A DNA stretch of 32,000 bases from Rappaport israeli (GTDB lineage Bacteria; Pseudomonadota; Gammaproteobacteria; Cardiobacteriales; Cardiobacteriaceae): contig NZ_LXHZ01000015.1 in NCBI RefSeq assembly GCF_001888055.1, positions 18,552 through 50,551 on the forward strand, given 5' to 3'. This document shows positions 31,170-32,000 of the stretch, one piece after another; positions within the stretch are counted from its first letter, which is position 1; every line of letters begins with the position of its first letter. Below the pieces are notes generated by a model that worked only from the letters and a program-made list of their open reading frames with translations, was not told where the DNA came from and did not search any database. Made by a program: the position numbers and the translations under genes.

Positions 31170-32000
31170 ATGCAGCATCTGTATAAAACCATCAGTCTGA
31201 TTTGTGTGAGCAGTGTATTGGTCGCTTGTTCATATGTAAAGCAAGACCATACCGTTGACTGGAGTGCCCAACAACTTTATCAAGCAGGACAAGATGAATT
31301 AAATAACTATGGTTATCAAGATGCCATTGATTACTACACCAAACTACTCGGACGCTACCCCACAGGACAACTCGCACAACAAAGCCAACTCAACCTAGCC
31401 TATGCCTACTACCGCGAAGGCGAAAATGAAAAAGCATTGGCAGAAATAAACAACTTTATTAAGGCATTCCCACAGCATCCATATGTTGATTATGCCTATT
31501 ATATGCGTGGCGTTATTGCATATGAAAAAGATATCAGTATTTATGACCGCCTAAATCCTGCAAATCTAGCACAAACGGACATTCAATCCTTAAAAGCTGC
31601 TTTTGATTATTTCGAGCAACTGGTCACACATTTTCCTAAAAGCGAATACAGCGAAGATGCGCGCTATCGCATGCTGTATCTTAAAAACCTAATGGCGCAA
31701 CATGAATTAGAAATTGCTAGTTACTATATGCGGCGAGGCGCTTACGTTGCTGCAATCAATCGTGCACAAAACATATTAGAGCGCTACGTCAATACCCCAA
31801 GCACCCCCTATGCACTTGCTCTAATCACTAGAGCCTATAGCGAACTTGGACAAATGCAATTGGCACAAAATCATCGGCAAGTCCTAGAACTAAACTTTGC
31901 TAATAAACTAAATGACCCAGAAATCCGACAGTTTTTAAGTGGAGATATCACAAAAAAACGTAATTTATGGAGCATTTTAAACAGTAAACCAAAAATTTAA
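31170..32000 (+). CDS. bamD: outer membrane protein assembly factor BamD (YfiO/ComL lipoprotein)
   Basis: Lipobox LVAC is present in MQHLYKTISLICVSSVLVACS, followed by TPR-like repeats. The stop TAA is at 31998-32000. GGAG lies before the ATG and TATAAT at 31139-44. Confidence 0.9.
   Translation: MQHLYKTISLICVSSVLVACSYVKQDHTVDWSAQQLYQAGQDELNNYGYQDAIDYYTKLLGRYPTGQLAQQSQLNLAYAYYREGENEKALAEINNFIKAFPQHPYVDYAYYMRGVIAYEKDISIYDRLNPANLAQTDIQSLKAAFDYFEQLVTHFPKSEYSEDARYRMLYLKNLMAQHELEIASYYMRRGAYVAAINRAQNILERYVNTPSTPYALALITRAYSELGQMQLAQNHRQVLELNFANKLNDPEIRQFLSGDITKKRNLWSILNSKPKI

Overview
32-kb chromosomal segment from a moderately AT-rich proteobacterium. Gene content and synteny look gamma- or beta-proteobacterial (lolC/E-lolD-DUF2062-comEC; divergent rluD/bamD). 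All product calls rest on my recollection of family motifs; no database search was run.

Gene content, left to right:
- FAH-family fragment, phnA/yjdM, a rhodanese-domain protein, grxC, a single LolC/E-type permease plus lolD, DUF2062, comEC, corC.
- A complete minus-strand myo-inositol catabolic operon: iolC-iolD-iolE-iolB, an RpiR-type regulator, iolG, a second Gfo/Idh/MocA dehydrogenase, mmsA/iolA.
- A divergently transcribed sugar ABC transporter (binding protein, double ATPase, permease).
- bioB, ligB, a 41-aa type-B ribosomal protein L36 gene that is absent from the ORF track, an MFS transporter, an unknown 385-aa membrane protein translationally coupled to mgsA, sucDC, a 4HBT thioesterase, rluD and bamD.
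- I saw no tRNA, rRNA, CRISPR, IS, integrase or recognisable defence/toxin module. I do not think this window holds a discrete novel gene system.

Unusual signals, all compositional or structural:
1. The + strand is G+T-rich from position 1 to about 30.3 kb regardless of gene orientation, then becomes A+C-rich. The switch falls inside rluD. This could be a replication terminus, a rearrangement junction or an assembly junction.
2. comEC and the bioB-ligB block are sharply bounded, extremely G+T-skewed, GC-richer islands.
3. Ten conserved genes, including sucD, lolC/E and bioB, carry 12 inferred single-base indels. About eight sit in mononucleotide runs of 3 or more bases; the rest are in 2-base runs or non-repetitive sequence. 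The cause is either systematic homopolymer sequencing error or real gene decay.
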